Under the pieces are notes generated by a model. The model was not told the DNA's origin and searched no databases. It saw only the letters and a program-made list of their open reading frames with translations. A program made the position numbers and the translations under genes. Positions 36,647 to 45,810 of a stretch of DNA of 64,000 nucleotides are shown here, one piece after another. The stretch is taken from NCBI GenBank assembly GCA_029564765.1, contig JAKQPK010000013.1, positions 219,164 through 283,163 on the forward strand. Direction: 5' to 3'. Position 1 is the first letter of the stretch. Each line of letters begins with the position of its first letter. This stretch comes from Candidatus Omnitrophota bacterium (GTDB lineage Bacteria > Omnitrophota > Gorgyraeia > Zapsychrales > Aceulaceae).

Positions 36647-37966
36647 ATGAAGCAAAAGATCATCAATTTTATCAAGAAGGATATTTGGCGGATCAGAGCC
36701 TCCAAGATGCCTCGCCAGCAATCTTTTCTTATTAAGAACCTTCGGATTGTGATCCTAGCACTCCGCGGTTTTAATGAAGATAAATGTTCCTTGCGATCAT
36801 CCGCCCTCACTTTTTATACCTTATTGTCAATCGTTCCTATCTTTGCCATGGCTTTTGGTATTGCCAAAGGTTTTGGTTTTGAGAAGCTTTTAGAACAGCA
36901 TATTTTAGAGAAATTCCCTGGCCAGACTGATGTCATTGTCAATATCATTAATTTTGCGAATACGATGCTGGAGCATACGCGAGGCGGCTTGATCGCGGGA
37001 GTTGGCGTCGCTGTTTTGTTTTGGTCCGTGATCAAGGTTCTGAGCAATATTGAGATCTCTTTTAATGATATTTGGGGCGTTAAAAAGATGCGAGATGTTG
37101 GCCGTCGTCTAAGTGATTATCTTTCTGTCATGCTTATTTGCCCTATTTTCTTTATCTTTTCAAGTGGATTAACTGTTTTCGTTAAGACCCAGGCGATCAT
37201 GATCACGGAAAAGATCGCCATCTTAGGCCCTGTCAGTTCCTTGATCTATTTTCTTTTGGAGTTCTTGCCGTATACGATCATGTGGGCTGTCTTTACGTTC
37301 ATTTATATTTTTATCCCTAACACCAAAGTCCAATGGAAGTCGGCACTTGTTGCGGGTATCATCGCCGGAACGATCTATCAAGCAACCCAATTATTTTATG
37401 TCAATTTTCAGGTTGGCGTGGCGAAAAGCAACGCGATCTACGGCAGCTTTGCCGCTTTGCCGCTTTTCTTGGTTTGGCTGCAGCTTTCTTGGCGTATTGT
37501 TTTGTTCGGCGCGGAGCTTTCGTTCGCGCATCAAAATGTGGATACGTATGAGTTTGAGCCTGATTGCTTGAATGTGAGCCGGTCTTTTCGAAGGCTGTTG
37601 ACCTTGCGCGTACTGAATTTGATCATCAAGAATTTTGCAAAAGGCGAAACGCCTTTGACAGAAAACGAGATCTCTCAAGAGCTGGAGATCCCGATCAGGC
37701 TTTTGCGGGATATCCTGAGCGAACTTTTGGACGCACGCTTAGTGTCCGCCGTCAAGGGTGGAGAAGCCAGGGCTTTGGCCTATCATCCTGGATGTGATAT
37801 TAATATTATGACGATCCATTATGTTCTAAGCCGTTTGGAAGAAAAAGGATCTGCGGATATCCCTGTGGCGCAGACAGCAGAATTCACAAAGATCAACGAT
37901 TCTCTTGAAGCCTTTGGCGCGCTTGTGGAGAGATCTTCTTTGAATTATCTTTTAAAGGATGTTTAG
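36647..37966 (+). CDS. YihY/BrkB family membrane protein with C-terminal winged-helix domain
   Basis: SALTFYTLLSIVP, IE.SFNDIW, PNTKV, IYGSFAALPLFLVWL, W.IVLFGAEL. Confidence 0.9.
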   Translation: MKQKIINFIKKDIWRIRASKMPRQQSFLIKNLRIVILALRGFNEDKCSLRSSALTFYTLLSIVPIFAMAFGIAKGFGFEKLLEQHILEKFPGQTDVIVNIINFANTMLEHTRGGLIAGVGVAVLFWSVIKVLSNIEISFNDIWGVKKMRDVGRRLSDYLSVMLICPIFFIFSSGLTVFVKTQAIMITEKIAILGPVSSLIYFLLEFLPYTIMWAVFTFIYIFIPNTKVQWKSALVAGIIAGTIYQATQLFYVNFQVGVAKSNAIYGSFAALPLFLVWLQLSWRIVLFGAELSFAHQNVDTYEFEPDCLNVSRSFRRLLTLRVLNLIIKNFAKGETPLTENEISQELEIPIRLLRDILSELLDARLVSAVKGGEARALAYHPGCDINIMTIHYVLSRLEEKGSADIPVAQTAEFTKINDSLEAFGALVERSSLNYLLKDV

Positions 37967-38019
37967 CCCATGGCGCACGAGAAAAAGTTTATTCATTTTA
38001 ATTAACTAAGGAGGCTGGC

Positions 38020-38355
38020 ATGAGAAAGTTGTTTGTTGTGGGTGTTGTGCTGTGTTTATGCTGTAGTGTTTTTTTTGGCTGTGAAAAAAAAGCCGGATCA
38101 GCGAGTGAAGCTATTGATAGCGCGCAGTCCTTGAAAACCGTCTCTGAAAAAGCAGATTATCTGATCAAACAGGCAGAAGCATTCTACAACTCAAAAGAAT
38201 TTCAGCAGGCTATTCAGGTCGCTCAATATGTTTTAAACAATCTGGATAAAGAGTCTAAGCCCGCTCAAAGCCTTATTGAAAAGGCTAAGGCTGAGCTGCA
38301 AGCGGCCGCGCAAAAGGCTGTTGGTGATGCTGCGAATAAGTTTCTTGGTAAGTAA
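38020..38355 (+). CDS. Hypothetical helical lipoprotein
   Basis: AAGGAGG RBS; lipobox FFGC; helical TPR-like body. Confidence 0.75.
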   Translation: MRKLFVVGVVLCLCCSVFFGCEKKAGSASEAIDSAQSLKTVSEKADYLIKQAEAFYNSKEFQQAIQVAQYVLNNLDKESKPAQSLIEKAKAELQAAAQKAVGDAANKFLGK

Positions 38356-38385
38356 ATATAATAACTAACAAAAAAGGAGGAAAAG

Positions 38386-38787
38386 GTGAAAAAGGTTATC
38401 ATGTTTTTGTTCGCAATGGCGCTTGTGGTTTTTCCAAGGCTTGGTTTTGCCCAAGATAGCCAGGGATTGAGATTGGGTGGCCTAGATAAGGATGCTAAAA
38501 AAGCTAAGATTGAGGCTAAGAAGACAGCGAAACAAGCAGAAGTTGAAGCAAAAAAAGCAGAAGCCCAAGCAAAGAAAGAGGCTGAGCAGAAATTGAAAGA
38601 AGCTGAGAAAGCTAAAGAAAAGGCTGCAAAGGAAGCAGAAAAAAAGGCGAAGGAAGCTGAAAAGATTAGAGATCAGAAGATGAAAGAAGCGCAGAAAGCT
38701 AAAGAAAAATCCGCAAAAGAAGCTGAGCAAGCAAGAAAACAAGCAGAGAAGAAACGTCAAGAAGCGTTTAAAGGGTTGAAGAAGTAA
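38386..38787 (+). CDS. Secreted Lys/Ala/Glu-rich coiled-coil protein
   Basis: AGGAGG RBS, GTG start, signal peptide ending GFA, repeated KEAEKAKEK units. Confidence 0.75.
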   Translation: MKKVIMFLFAMALVVFPRLGFAQDSQGLRLGGLDKDAKKAKIEAKKTAKQAEVEAKKAEAQAKKEAEQKLKEAEKAKEKAAKEAEKKAKEAEKIRDQKMKEAQKAKEKSAKEAEQARKQAEKKRQEAFKGLKK

Positions 38788-38818
38788 GCTGTCGGTTGTT
38801 CTAAAAGAAGTCAACAAA

Positions 38819-38858
38819 AGCCCGCTGTTATTCGCTGCTCAGCGATTAACAGCGGGTT
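38819..38858. terminator. Long hairpin; T-tract on the minus strand
   Basis: CCCGCTGTTA.TCGCT-GCTC-AGCGA.TAACAGCGGG stem preceded by CAACAAAAG. Confidence 0.55.
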
Positions 38859-38863
38859 CCATT

Positions 38864-39415
38864 ATGAAGAAATTGTCTGAAAAAATATTATTTCAAGGTA
38901 AGTGGATTTCTATCCGCGAAGTTCATTTTCTGAATCCGCGCCACCAAGAGGTTGCCTGGGAAACGATCGTTCGCAATGAACAGAAAAGCAGTGTCATTGT
39001 CGTGCCTATTTTGATGCCCTCTCGGCGCATTGTTTTGATCAAGCAATATCGCCTACCTCTAGAGGACTGGGTTATTGGATTTCCCGCCGGCATGACAGAT
39101 GGCAATCCTGACCAGGCGTTCCATGAGCTCAAGGAAGAAACAGGATACATAGGAGAGGTCGCAGAAGAAAGCCCTGCGTTGCAGATCAATTCCGGATTGC
39201 TCAATGAAACAACGAAGATCGTCGTCATGCACATCAATGAACACGACCCTGTTAATCAAAACCCCTGCCAATCTCTTGAGCCTACCGAGGAGATCGAGGT
39301 CTTGCTTGTGCCTTACAAGGAAGTCCGTACGTTTTTGTTAGAGCAAAATAGTAAGGGTGTGCGTATCGCAGCTGGGGTGTGGAGTGTTTTTGGCTTGCAG
39401 CTACATCTTGGCTGA
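38864..39415 (+). CDS. NUDIX hydrolase (ADP-ribose pyrophosphatase-like)
   Basis: LIKQYR.P, FPAG...ELKEETGY (variant Nudix box), LEPTEEIEV. Confidence 0.85.
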   Translation: MKKLSEKILFQGKWISIREVHFLNPRHQEVAWETIVRNEQKSSVIVVPILMPSRRIVLIKQYRLPLEDWVIGFPAGMTDGNPDQAFHELKEETGYIGEVAEESPALQINSGLLNETTKIVVMHINEHDPVNQNPCQSLEPTEEIEVLLVPYKEVRTFLLEQNSKGVRIAAGVWSVFGLQLHLG

Positions 39416-40381
39416 TTGTTGGTCACGAAGCCTATTTTCTGAGGCAATTTTCTGAATATCATCGTAAACTTTCTGATTTGTCGGCACTGGGATGTTGTGT
39501 TTCTGGGCTAATGCAAGCACGACACCTGTTAAGGCGTCTATTTCAACACGTTTACCGGAGCGCAGGGCCTGCAGCGTCGATGATTTGTGATTAGCCGTAG
39601 CGGGAACAAGCTTTTCATAGAAAACCTTGGTGTACTCTTCCGGGGTGGCCCAATGTGTTTCATAGCCGGCGGCATTCATCACGTGAAAAATTTCTTTGAT
39701 GATCTCTTCCATGACCCTGCGGGTCTCTACTTTTTCCGCTAGCACACCGTAGGAAACTCCTAAGGTCGCGCCTAAAGGATTAAGTGCGCAATTATAAAGC
39801 AGCTTTGCCCACAGATCCTTTGCGATATCAGGCACAACACGGCAAGGAATACCGCCTTGATCAATAGATTGAGCAAGAGGTTTTAAGAAGTCAAGAGGGT
39901 TATCAAACAAGCTCCCTAAGTGAATATCATCCGCGTGGACCGTGATCACAACCTCATTGGGTTTAGGGCGCGAAAATCCTGTGATGACACGTGCGTTATA
40001 AAGTTGTTCTTCAGGAAAGTATTGCGTGAAGATCTCCGCGTTGCCCCAGCCATTTTGGCAAAGAATAATTTTTGTATTCTGATCCATCAGATGCGCGTTT
40101 TTATTTAAGATCGTGGCGGTTTCTTTAGAATCGTAGGATTTGACCGAGACGATAATAAAGTCAAAGGGTTCGCGAGGGATGTCGCTTGGTGCGCCAAAAG
40201 CGCGAAAACTACCCGCGTCCGCCGTAAAATCGCCAAAAAGACCGGTACGCTTGAAGCCTTCTTTATTTAAAAGTTCTGCTGTTTGCGGGCGGGTGAGAAC
40301 AGTCACATCACAGCCGCTTTTTATTAAGCAGCTGTCAATGCCAAGGCCGACTGCGCCAGCGCCAAAGTTCAGTATTTTCAT
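39401..40381 (-). CDS. panE: 2-dehydropantoate 2-reductase
   Basis: GAGAVG, VKSYD, CQNG, LWAKLLYNCALNPL, SSTLQ, EIDALTG. Confidence 0.9.
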   Translation of the reverse strand: MKILNFGAGAVGLGIDSCLIKSGCDVTVLTRPQTAELLNKEGFKRTGLFGDFTADAGSFRAFGAPSDIPREPFDFIIVSVKSYDSKETATILNKNAHLMDQNTKIILCQNGWGNAEIFTQYFPEEQLYNARVITGFSRPKPNEVVITVHADDIHLGSLFDNPLDFLKPLAQSIDQGGIPCRVVPDIAKDLWAKLLYNCALNPLGATLGVSYGVLAEKVETRRVMEEIIKEIFHVMNAAGYETHWATPEEYTKVFYEKLVPATANHKSSTLQALRSGKRVEIDALTGVVLALAQKHNIPVPTNQKVYDDIQKIASENRLRDQQSAKM

Positions 40382-40483
40382 TACTTCTCCTTTTTGTTCA
40401 TTATAAAGGTTTTTGATCAGAAAACAAAATTTTCATGTTTTAACCGAGAGTTGTTATAATTATAAAGATTATGTCAATGGTAG

Positions 40484-40894
40484 GTGCAGATGCCAGAAAG
40501 AAATCCTTTCTCTCCCAGGTACTCGATCGTGATCTTTGATGGGGTGTGTTGTTTGTGCAACGGTTTTGTTGATTTTATTTTAAAGCATGATAAGAACAAA
40601 AACTTTCGTTTATTGCCCAGCCAATCATCAGCAGCACAGAAAATGTTGTCAGTGTTTGGATTTGCCTCTCAGGTCAATGACTCTGTATATTTGATCCAGG
40701 GAGGGAATATTTACAAAGAATCGGCAGCCGGTTTGCGCATTTTAAAAACATTAGGGTTTCCTTTCAGCTTGTGTTATGTTTTCATGGTCGTGCCGGCTTT
40801 TTTACGTAATATGATTTACAGGGTCATTGCCCAAAATCGCTATCGTTGGTTTGGAAAAAAAGAGTCTTGCCGGCTTTTGCCACCCCAAGAATAA
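40484..40894 (+). CDS. Thiol-disulfide oxidoreductase DCC family protein
   Basis: FDGVCCLCN DxxCxxC motif; YRVIAQNRYRWFGK..SC; start 40484 or 40490. Confidence 0.88.
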   Translation: MQMPERNPFSPRYSIVIFDGVCCLCNGFVDFILKHDKNKNFRLLPSQSSAAQKMLSVFGFASQVNDSVYLIQGGNIYKESAAGLRILKTLGFPFSLCYVFMVVPAFLRNMIYRVIAQNRYRWFGKKESCRLLPPQE

Positions 40895-40909
40895 TACAAA
40901 GGAGCAAAA

Positions 40910-41461
40910 ATGAAAATACTATTATTGAGCGTTATGGTGTTGGGTTTTTTTGCATTTTGCGTGTCACCGTTGCGGGCCCAGAGCTCAGAGGATATTTACG
41001 GATTTACGGTTTCTGACATCGACGGAAAACCTGTGCCGCTTTCTGATTACAAAGGCAAGGTTTTACTCATCGTTAATACTGCCTCGAACTGCGGGCTCAC
41101 GCCCCAATACAAATCTCTCGAAGAGCTTTATCAGAAATATAAAGATAGAGGTTTTGTTGTTTTGGCGTTTCCGGCTAACAATTTTATGGGTCAGGAACCG
41201 GGCACTAACGAAGAGATCAAGAATTTTTGCACCATCAATTACAAGACGACCTTTCCGCTGTTTTCCAAGATCAGCGTCCAGGGAGAGGACATCGCGCCGT
41301 TATATGCGTATTTAACAGGTGTTCCGGGATTTGAAGGAGGTATCATCTGGAATTTTAATAAATTTTTGATCGATCGAGCAGGAAAAGTTGTCGGACGGTT
41401 CGCAAGCCCCGTTAATCCGATGTCTGAGGAGATGATAAAAGCCGTGGAAGGGCAATTATAA
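40910..41461 (+). CDS. Glutathione peroxidase (Cys type) with signal peptide
   Basis: VNTASNCGLTPQY, AFPANNFMGQEPG, WNFNKFLID. Confidence 0.93.
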   Translation: MKILLLSVMVLGFFAFCVSPLRAQSSEDIYGFTVSDIDGKPVPLSDYKGKVLLIVNTASNCGLTPQYKSLEELYQKYKDRGFVVLAFPANNFMGQEPGTNEEIKNFCTINYKTTFPLFSKISVQGEDIAPLYAYLTGVPGFEGGIIWNFNKFLIDRAGKVVGRFASPVNPMSEEMIKAVEGQL

Positions 41462-41474
41462 TTTTACAATGGTG

Positions 41475-41555
41475 TTCAGATTCAGCTGCTGGGCCGCAGC
41501 TGAATCTGAATTAATTCATGCGGCTGGCTTGACGACATTTCATGTCGTAAGTCAG
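41475..41555 (+). promoter_or_regulatory. Two adjacent stable hairpins in the dodecin leader
   Basis: Perfect 15-bp stem TTCAGATTCAGCTGC/GCAGCTGAATCTGAA (41475-41510) and CTGGCTT(G)ACGACAT/ATGTCGTAAGTCAG (41524-41555). Confidence 0.6.
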
Positions 41556-41576
41556 GCATTCATTGAAGGAGGCAAT

Positions 41577-41768
41577 ATGTTCCAAATGATCGAAGTGATT
41601 GGCATTTCGCCTGTGAGCTTAAGCGAGGCAGTAAAAAATGCTGTGAGTGACGTAGCGAAAACGAAGAAAGATATTCATTTTTTTGAGGTTACAGAGCAGC
41701 GGGGTTGCGTGCGTGAAGGTAAGATCAAGGAATTTCAAGTCAAGGTCAAGGTGGCATTCGTTGAATAG
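41577..41768 (+). CDS. Dodecin (flavin-binding protein)
   Basis: GAAGGAGG RBS before ATG 41577; IEVIGIS..S...AV..AV...FEV.EQRG....KIKEFQVKVKV.F. Confidence 0.9.
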   Translation: MFQMIEVIGISPVSLSEAVKNAVSDVAKTKKDIHFFEVTEQRGCVREGKIKEFQVKVKVAFVE

Positions 41769-41798
41769 CGTTGACTGCAACCGCATAAAATCTATCCG

Positions 41799-43142
41799 AT
41801 GAACCCAGGGCGTATTCGTATATTAAAAGCTGGCAAGCGGGGTTCCGGCCCGGTTGTCTACTGGATGAGCCGGGATCAGCGCTTCAATGATAATTGGGCG
41901 CTTATTTTTGCCCAGGAACTTGCCTTAAAGAATGCAGTGCCGCTTGGCATTGTATTTGCCCTTGCGTCAAAATTTTTAAACGCAACTAGGCGCCATTATG
42001 ATTTTATGCTCAAAGGGCTGATCGAGCTTCAAAAGAATTTGGCCGCGAAAAACATCCCGTTTTTTCTTTTGTCCGGAAACCCATCTGAAGAGATCTTCAA
42101 ATTTGTGAAGAAGCACGAAGCCGGCGCACTTGTTTGCGATTTTGATCCCTTGCGCGTCAAGCGCGCGTGGAAGAGCGAGGTCGCGCGCAAGATCGATATC
42201 CCTTTCTACGAAGTGGATGCCCATAACATTGTGCCGTGTTGGGTGGCTTCGCCTAAGCAGGAATTCGGCGCTTATACCATTCGGCCGAAGATCAACCGTA
42301 TTCTGGACATTTATCTAAAAGATTTTCCAAAAGTGACTCGGCACCGTTATTCGTTCACTGAAAATCCGCAAGCGATCGATGTGGACTGCATTTTAGCGCA
42401 GTTAAAGTGCGGCCAAAGTGCGGGTCCCGTAGCCTGGATCAAGCCTGGCGAGAAGAATGCCGCGGCCGCGCTTAAGAAATTTATCAGTAAGAAATTATCC
42501 AAATATGATGCGGCCCGAAACGACCCCAACCTCGGCGGCCAGTCTGATCTTTCGCCGTATTTGCATTTTGGGCAGTTGTCAGCCCAGCGCGTGGCGCTCG
42601 CTGTCGCTCGCGCTAAGGCCAATGAAAATTCGAAGCAGGCATTCTTAGAAGAACTTGTTATTCGCCGGGAATTATCGGACAATTTTTGTTTTTATAATAA
42701 GAGCTATGACAATATCGCATGCGCGCCAAATTGGGCGCGCACCACGTTCATGGCACACGCGAAAGACCGGCGAGAATATCTTTACACGCTTAAAGAATTT
42801 GAAGACGCTAAAACGCATGATCAACTTTGGAATGCGGCACAAATGGAGATGATGAAGACCGGTAAGATGCATGGTTTTATGCGCATGTATTGGGCCAAGA
42901 AGATCCTGGAATGGACACCAAGCCCCAAGAAAGCTTTTGAGATAGCGGTTTATTTAAACGATAAGTATTCACTCGACGGCCGTGACCCCAACGGCTACGC
43001 GGGTATCGCTTGGTCCGTTGCCGGTGTTCATGATCGGGCTTGGGGCGAGCGCGCCATCTTCGGCAAGGTACGCTATATGAGCTATAATGGGTGCAAGAAT
43101 AAGTTTGATATCGAGCAATATATTGAAAAGATCGAAAAATAA
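41799..43142 (+). CDS. phrB: Deoxyribodipyrimidine photolyase (class II CPD photolyase)
   Basis: VVYWMSRDQR..DNWAL, VDAHNIVP, LSPYLHFG, MHGFMRMYWAKKILEW, DGRDPNGY. Confidence 0.95.
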   Translation: MNPGRIRILKAGKRGSGPVVYWMSRDQRFNDNWALIFAQELALKNAVPLGIVFALASKFLNATRRHYDFMLKGLIELQKNLAAKNIPFFLLSGNPSEEIFKFVKKHEAGALVCDFDPLRVKRAWKSEVARKIDIPFYEVDAHNIVPCWVASPKQEFGAYTIRPKINRILDIYLKDFPKVTRHRYSFTENPQAIDVDCILAQLKCGQSAGPVAWIKPGEKNAAAALKKFISKKLSKYDAARNDPNLGGQSDLSPYLHFGQLSAQRVALAVARAKANENSKQAFLEELVIRRELSDNFCFYNKSYDNIACAPNWARTTFMAHAKDRREYLYTLKEFEDAKTHDQLWNAAQMEMMKTGKMHGFMRMYWAKKILEWTPSPKKAFEIAVYLNDKYSLDGRDPNGYAGIAWSVAGVHDRAWGERAIFGKVRYMSYNGCKNKFDIEQYIEKIEK

Positions 43143-43158
43143 AGAAGGGCGGATCGTT

Positions 43159-44082
43159 ATGAATCGTGTCTTAACAGAAAAGATCAGGATCGGGATCAGC
43201 GAATGTAATTTTGGCGCTCAAGTGCGCTGGAATCATGTGGGTTGGGACCGAGTGGCAAAACTTGGACGCGTACAAATGGATTATGCCTGGATCCCTGTTT
43301 GCCCGGAAGTTTTAAGCGGGCTCGGCGTGCCGCGTCCTCCGATGAAACTAGTTGTTGGAAGCGGTGATGATTTTTGGCAAGGGAAGGCTCGCATGAAAAA
43401 CCGCCAAGGCCGCGATGTGTCGAATGAAATGCGCGCAGGCGCTTCGACCGCGCAGGAGATCATCATGCGTTCCGGTGCGGAGGCGTTTGCCTTTATGGAA
43501 GGAAGCCCATCCTGCGGAGTTTACCGTACTACCTTAAAAGATAAAAGGCTTGGACGCCCACCAGGGGTTTTTGGATCCCTGCTTTTAAAAAAAGACTTGT
43601 TTCTTATTCCTGTTCTTGATCTTGACAGCCCATGGAAATGGTGGGATTGGTCGCGCAGGCTCCATGCCTTTGCATGGCTCAAACGCCTTGAGGTCAACGG
43701 AAAGCAGGAGTTGTTTGAGGCGTGGCATATTTTAAAGTTTGTCTGTCAAGAAGCTGATGAACGAGCGGCACGAAACCTTGGAACACAGCTGGCTACTGCC
43801 CCTAGAAAGCTTACGAAAGAATTTGTCGCTGATTGGAAAATGCAAGTTTTCTTTCTGCTGAGAAGGCCATCCACCCTCAAGCGAATTCACGCTACCATGG
43901 TCAAGCATTACGCTCATTATCGTAAGACTTTCGGTCTAAAGGCTCAGGAAGTCAGCGCTCCGAGCTTGCTTGTTAGTAAGCATGAATTTGTCGAAGAGTT
44001 GGGGAAGATGGAGCGAAAAGCCTTTGAAAAAGAGTATTTCTTTGCCGGAAGACCGATATTCTATGTCCCGGATAGTAGATAA
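43159..44082 (+). CDS. DUF523 (TudS-like desulfidase) fused to a DUF1722/YbgA-like domain
   Basis: GISEC..G..VRW, PVCPEV..GLGVPRP, SPSCG Fe-S ligand motifs; helical C-terminal half. Confidence 0.8.
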   Translation: MNRVLTEKIRIGISECNFGAQVRWNHVGWDRVAKLGRVQMDYAWIPVCPEVLSGLGVPRPPMKLVVGSGDDFWQGKARMKNRQGRDVSNEMRAGASTAQEIIMRSGAEAFAFMEGSPSCGVYRTTLKDKRLGRPPGVFGSLLLKKDLFLIPVLDLDSPWKWWDWSRRLHAFAWLKRLEVNGKQELFEAWHILKFVCQEADERAARNLGTQLATAPRKLTKEFVADWKMQVFFLLRRPSTLKRIHATMVKHYAHYRKTFGLKAQEVSAPSLLVSKHEFVEELGKMERKAFEKEYFFAGRPIFYVPDSR

Positions 44083-44110
44083 TACACCACAATACGTGAT
44101 TTATTCATAA

Positions 44111-44145
44111 AAATAAGGGATTATGGTATCCATAATCCCTTATTT
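44111..44145. terminator. Bidirectional terminator between convergent genes
   Basis: 16-bp perfect stem AAATAAGGGATTATGG-TAT-CCATAATCCCTTATTT. Confidence 0.8.
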
Positions 44146-44200
44146 CTTACATTTTTAATCCACTGAATATCGATATTATTCTTAAGTCAATATTTTACAA

Positions 44201-44647
44201 TTACTTAAGATATGTTTTAAGAATCTCCCATGTTTTAGCGCCTACAATGCTGTCAGCTTTAAGATTATTAGCTTTCTGAAAGGCGGCAATGGCTGCAATT
44301 GTATTTGGACCGATCTTTCCATCAATATTCCCTTGATAATATCCGGCTGATTTGAGGGCTTTCTGGACATCGGTTATTGGAGCGTTTACGCGGATAATAC
44401 CAAGACTGTCCTTGGTTTCTGGAGTAGCGGTAACGGCTGGTGTTTTTGCAGCTTTCTTCGCGCTTACGCTATCAAGCTGGTATTGTAGATCAGAGATCTC
44501 TCTGTCTCGCTGGTCAAGCGTTGCCTCAAGGGTCATAATCCGATTATTTAAAGTCGATATTTGATCTGTGCGCGCTTTTGTTGTTTGGCATCCTGTTAAC
44601 ATGCCAGCGATGATCGTGAAGGCGAGAAGAAAAATAGCGTTTCTCAT
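44201..44647 (-). CDS. Lipoprotein with coiled coil and PG_binding_1 domain
   Basis: Lipobox LTGC; VQKALK.AGYY.G.IDG.IG..T..AI..FQ..N.L.ADSIVG..TW. Confidence 0.9.
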   Translation of the reverse strand: MRNAIFLLAFTIIAGMLTGCQTTKARTDQISTLNNRIMTLEATLDQRDREISDLQYQLDSVSAKKAAKTPAVTATPETKDSLGIIRVNAPITDVQKALKSAGYYQGNIDGKIGPNTIAAIAAFQKANNLKADSIVGAKTWEILKTYLK

Positions 44648-44739
44648 ATGAGCTCCTTTGAAGGGGTTAAGTTTTCTTTATTATATAAAAAATTTATACA
44701 ATGTCTAGATGATTTGATTAAATTGTTTTTACTTCTTTA

Positions 44740-44780
44740 TTGTCAAAATCGTTGACAAAATATTCAGCGCCTATTAACAT
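44740..44780 (+). promoter_or_regulatory. Promoter with a 7-5-7 palindrome over the -35
   Basis: TTGTCAA-AATCG-TTGACAA (44740-58); TTGACA, 17 nt, TAACAT. Confidence 0.55.
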
Positions 44781-44810
44781 GAACTATTCTTATCCCACGC
44801 AAGGAGACTT

Positions 44811-45773
44811 ATGCTAGAGTCAGCGATCAGTTGGTTTATTTTTTCTTTTTTGCGCCTTGATCCGTCGTCTCGCTCGGTCAATGTCCTGCATTTTTTTCTC
44901 TATGATGCGGTCAAGATCATTTTATTGCTGTTCGTTATGATCTCTTTTTTAGGGTTCTTGCGAACGTTCTTGGATGAGAAACGTATTAAGGCATGGCTAA
45001 GCCAGAAACGGATCTTGGCAGCTTTTTATGCATCTTTATTTGGCACGATCACGCCTTTTTGTTCTTGCTCATCGATCCCGATCTTTCTAAGTTTTGTTAA
45101 GATGGGGATTCCTGTAGGTGTGATGTTCGCGTTCCTTATTACCTCGCCTTTGATCAACGAATATCTTGTTGTCTTGATGTTGAATTTCTTTGGCTGGAAG
45201 ATCACTGTTCTATATGTTGTCAGCGGCATGGCCCTAGGTATCGGGGCAGGACTTATTTTAGGGCAGATGAAGCTCGAGAGTCTTTTAGAGAGGGACATTG
45301 TTGGCCCGATGACCGATAAACAACAGCAGCGCGTGTACACGACGATCTGGCAGAGGGTGCAGTTTGGGCTCATTGAAGCAAAGGCTATTTTGCAGCGTCT
45401 CTGGGTCTGGATCCTGGCTGGTGTTGGTTTGGGAGCCTTGATCCATAATTACGTTCCTCAAGAGGTGATCCAGTCAGCCATCAGTAAGACAGGCCCTTTT
45501 TCAGTTCCTGCCGCTGTCGGTCTAGGCGTTCCTATGTACGGTAGCTGTGCGGCCATTGTCCCGATCGCCGTAGCGCTTTTTCGTAAAGGTGTCCCTTTGG
45601 GAACCGCGTTGGCGTTTATGATGGCGGTCAGCGCTTTAAGCTTACCGGAAGCTGTTATTTTACGGCGAGCGATGAAAATGAAGTTGATCGTGATCTTTTT
45701 TTCTTTGATCACAATCGGCATTATTTTTACAGGGTATCTGTTTAACGTTCTTCAGCAGACCCTAATTCCATAG
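44811..45773 (+). CDS. ArsP/DUF318 family permease
   Basis: TPFCSCSSIP, FAFLITSPLINE, GVPMY, GTALAFMMAV.ALSLPE. Confidence 0.88.
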   Translation: MLESAISWFIFSFLRLDPSSRSVNVLHFFLYDAVKIILLLFVMISFLGFLRTFLDEKRIKAWLSQKRILAAFYASLFGTITPFCSCSSIPIFLSFVKMGIPVGVMFAFLITSPLINEYLVVLMLNFFGWKITVLYVVSGMALGIGAGLILGQMKLESLLERDIVGPMTDKQQQRVYTTIWQRVQFGLIEAKAILQRLWVWILAGVGLGALIHNYVPQEVIQSAISKTGPFSVPAAVGLGVPMYGSCAAIVPIAVALFRKGVPLGTALAFMMAVSALSLPEAVILRRAMKMKLIVIFFSLITIGIIFTGYLFNVLQQTLIP

Positions 45774-45810
45774 CGACATGATTTATTTCCGATAAAAGGC
45801 GAGGTGCGGA

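Noticed and set aside
40910-41461. Selenocysteine recoding in the glutathione peroxidase
   Set aside because: The active-site codon is TGC (Cys) and there is no in-frame TGA.
41469-41576. N-terminal extension of dodecin in the ORF track
   Set aside because: The strong SD and family homology start at 41577; the extension is the hairpin-rich leader.
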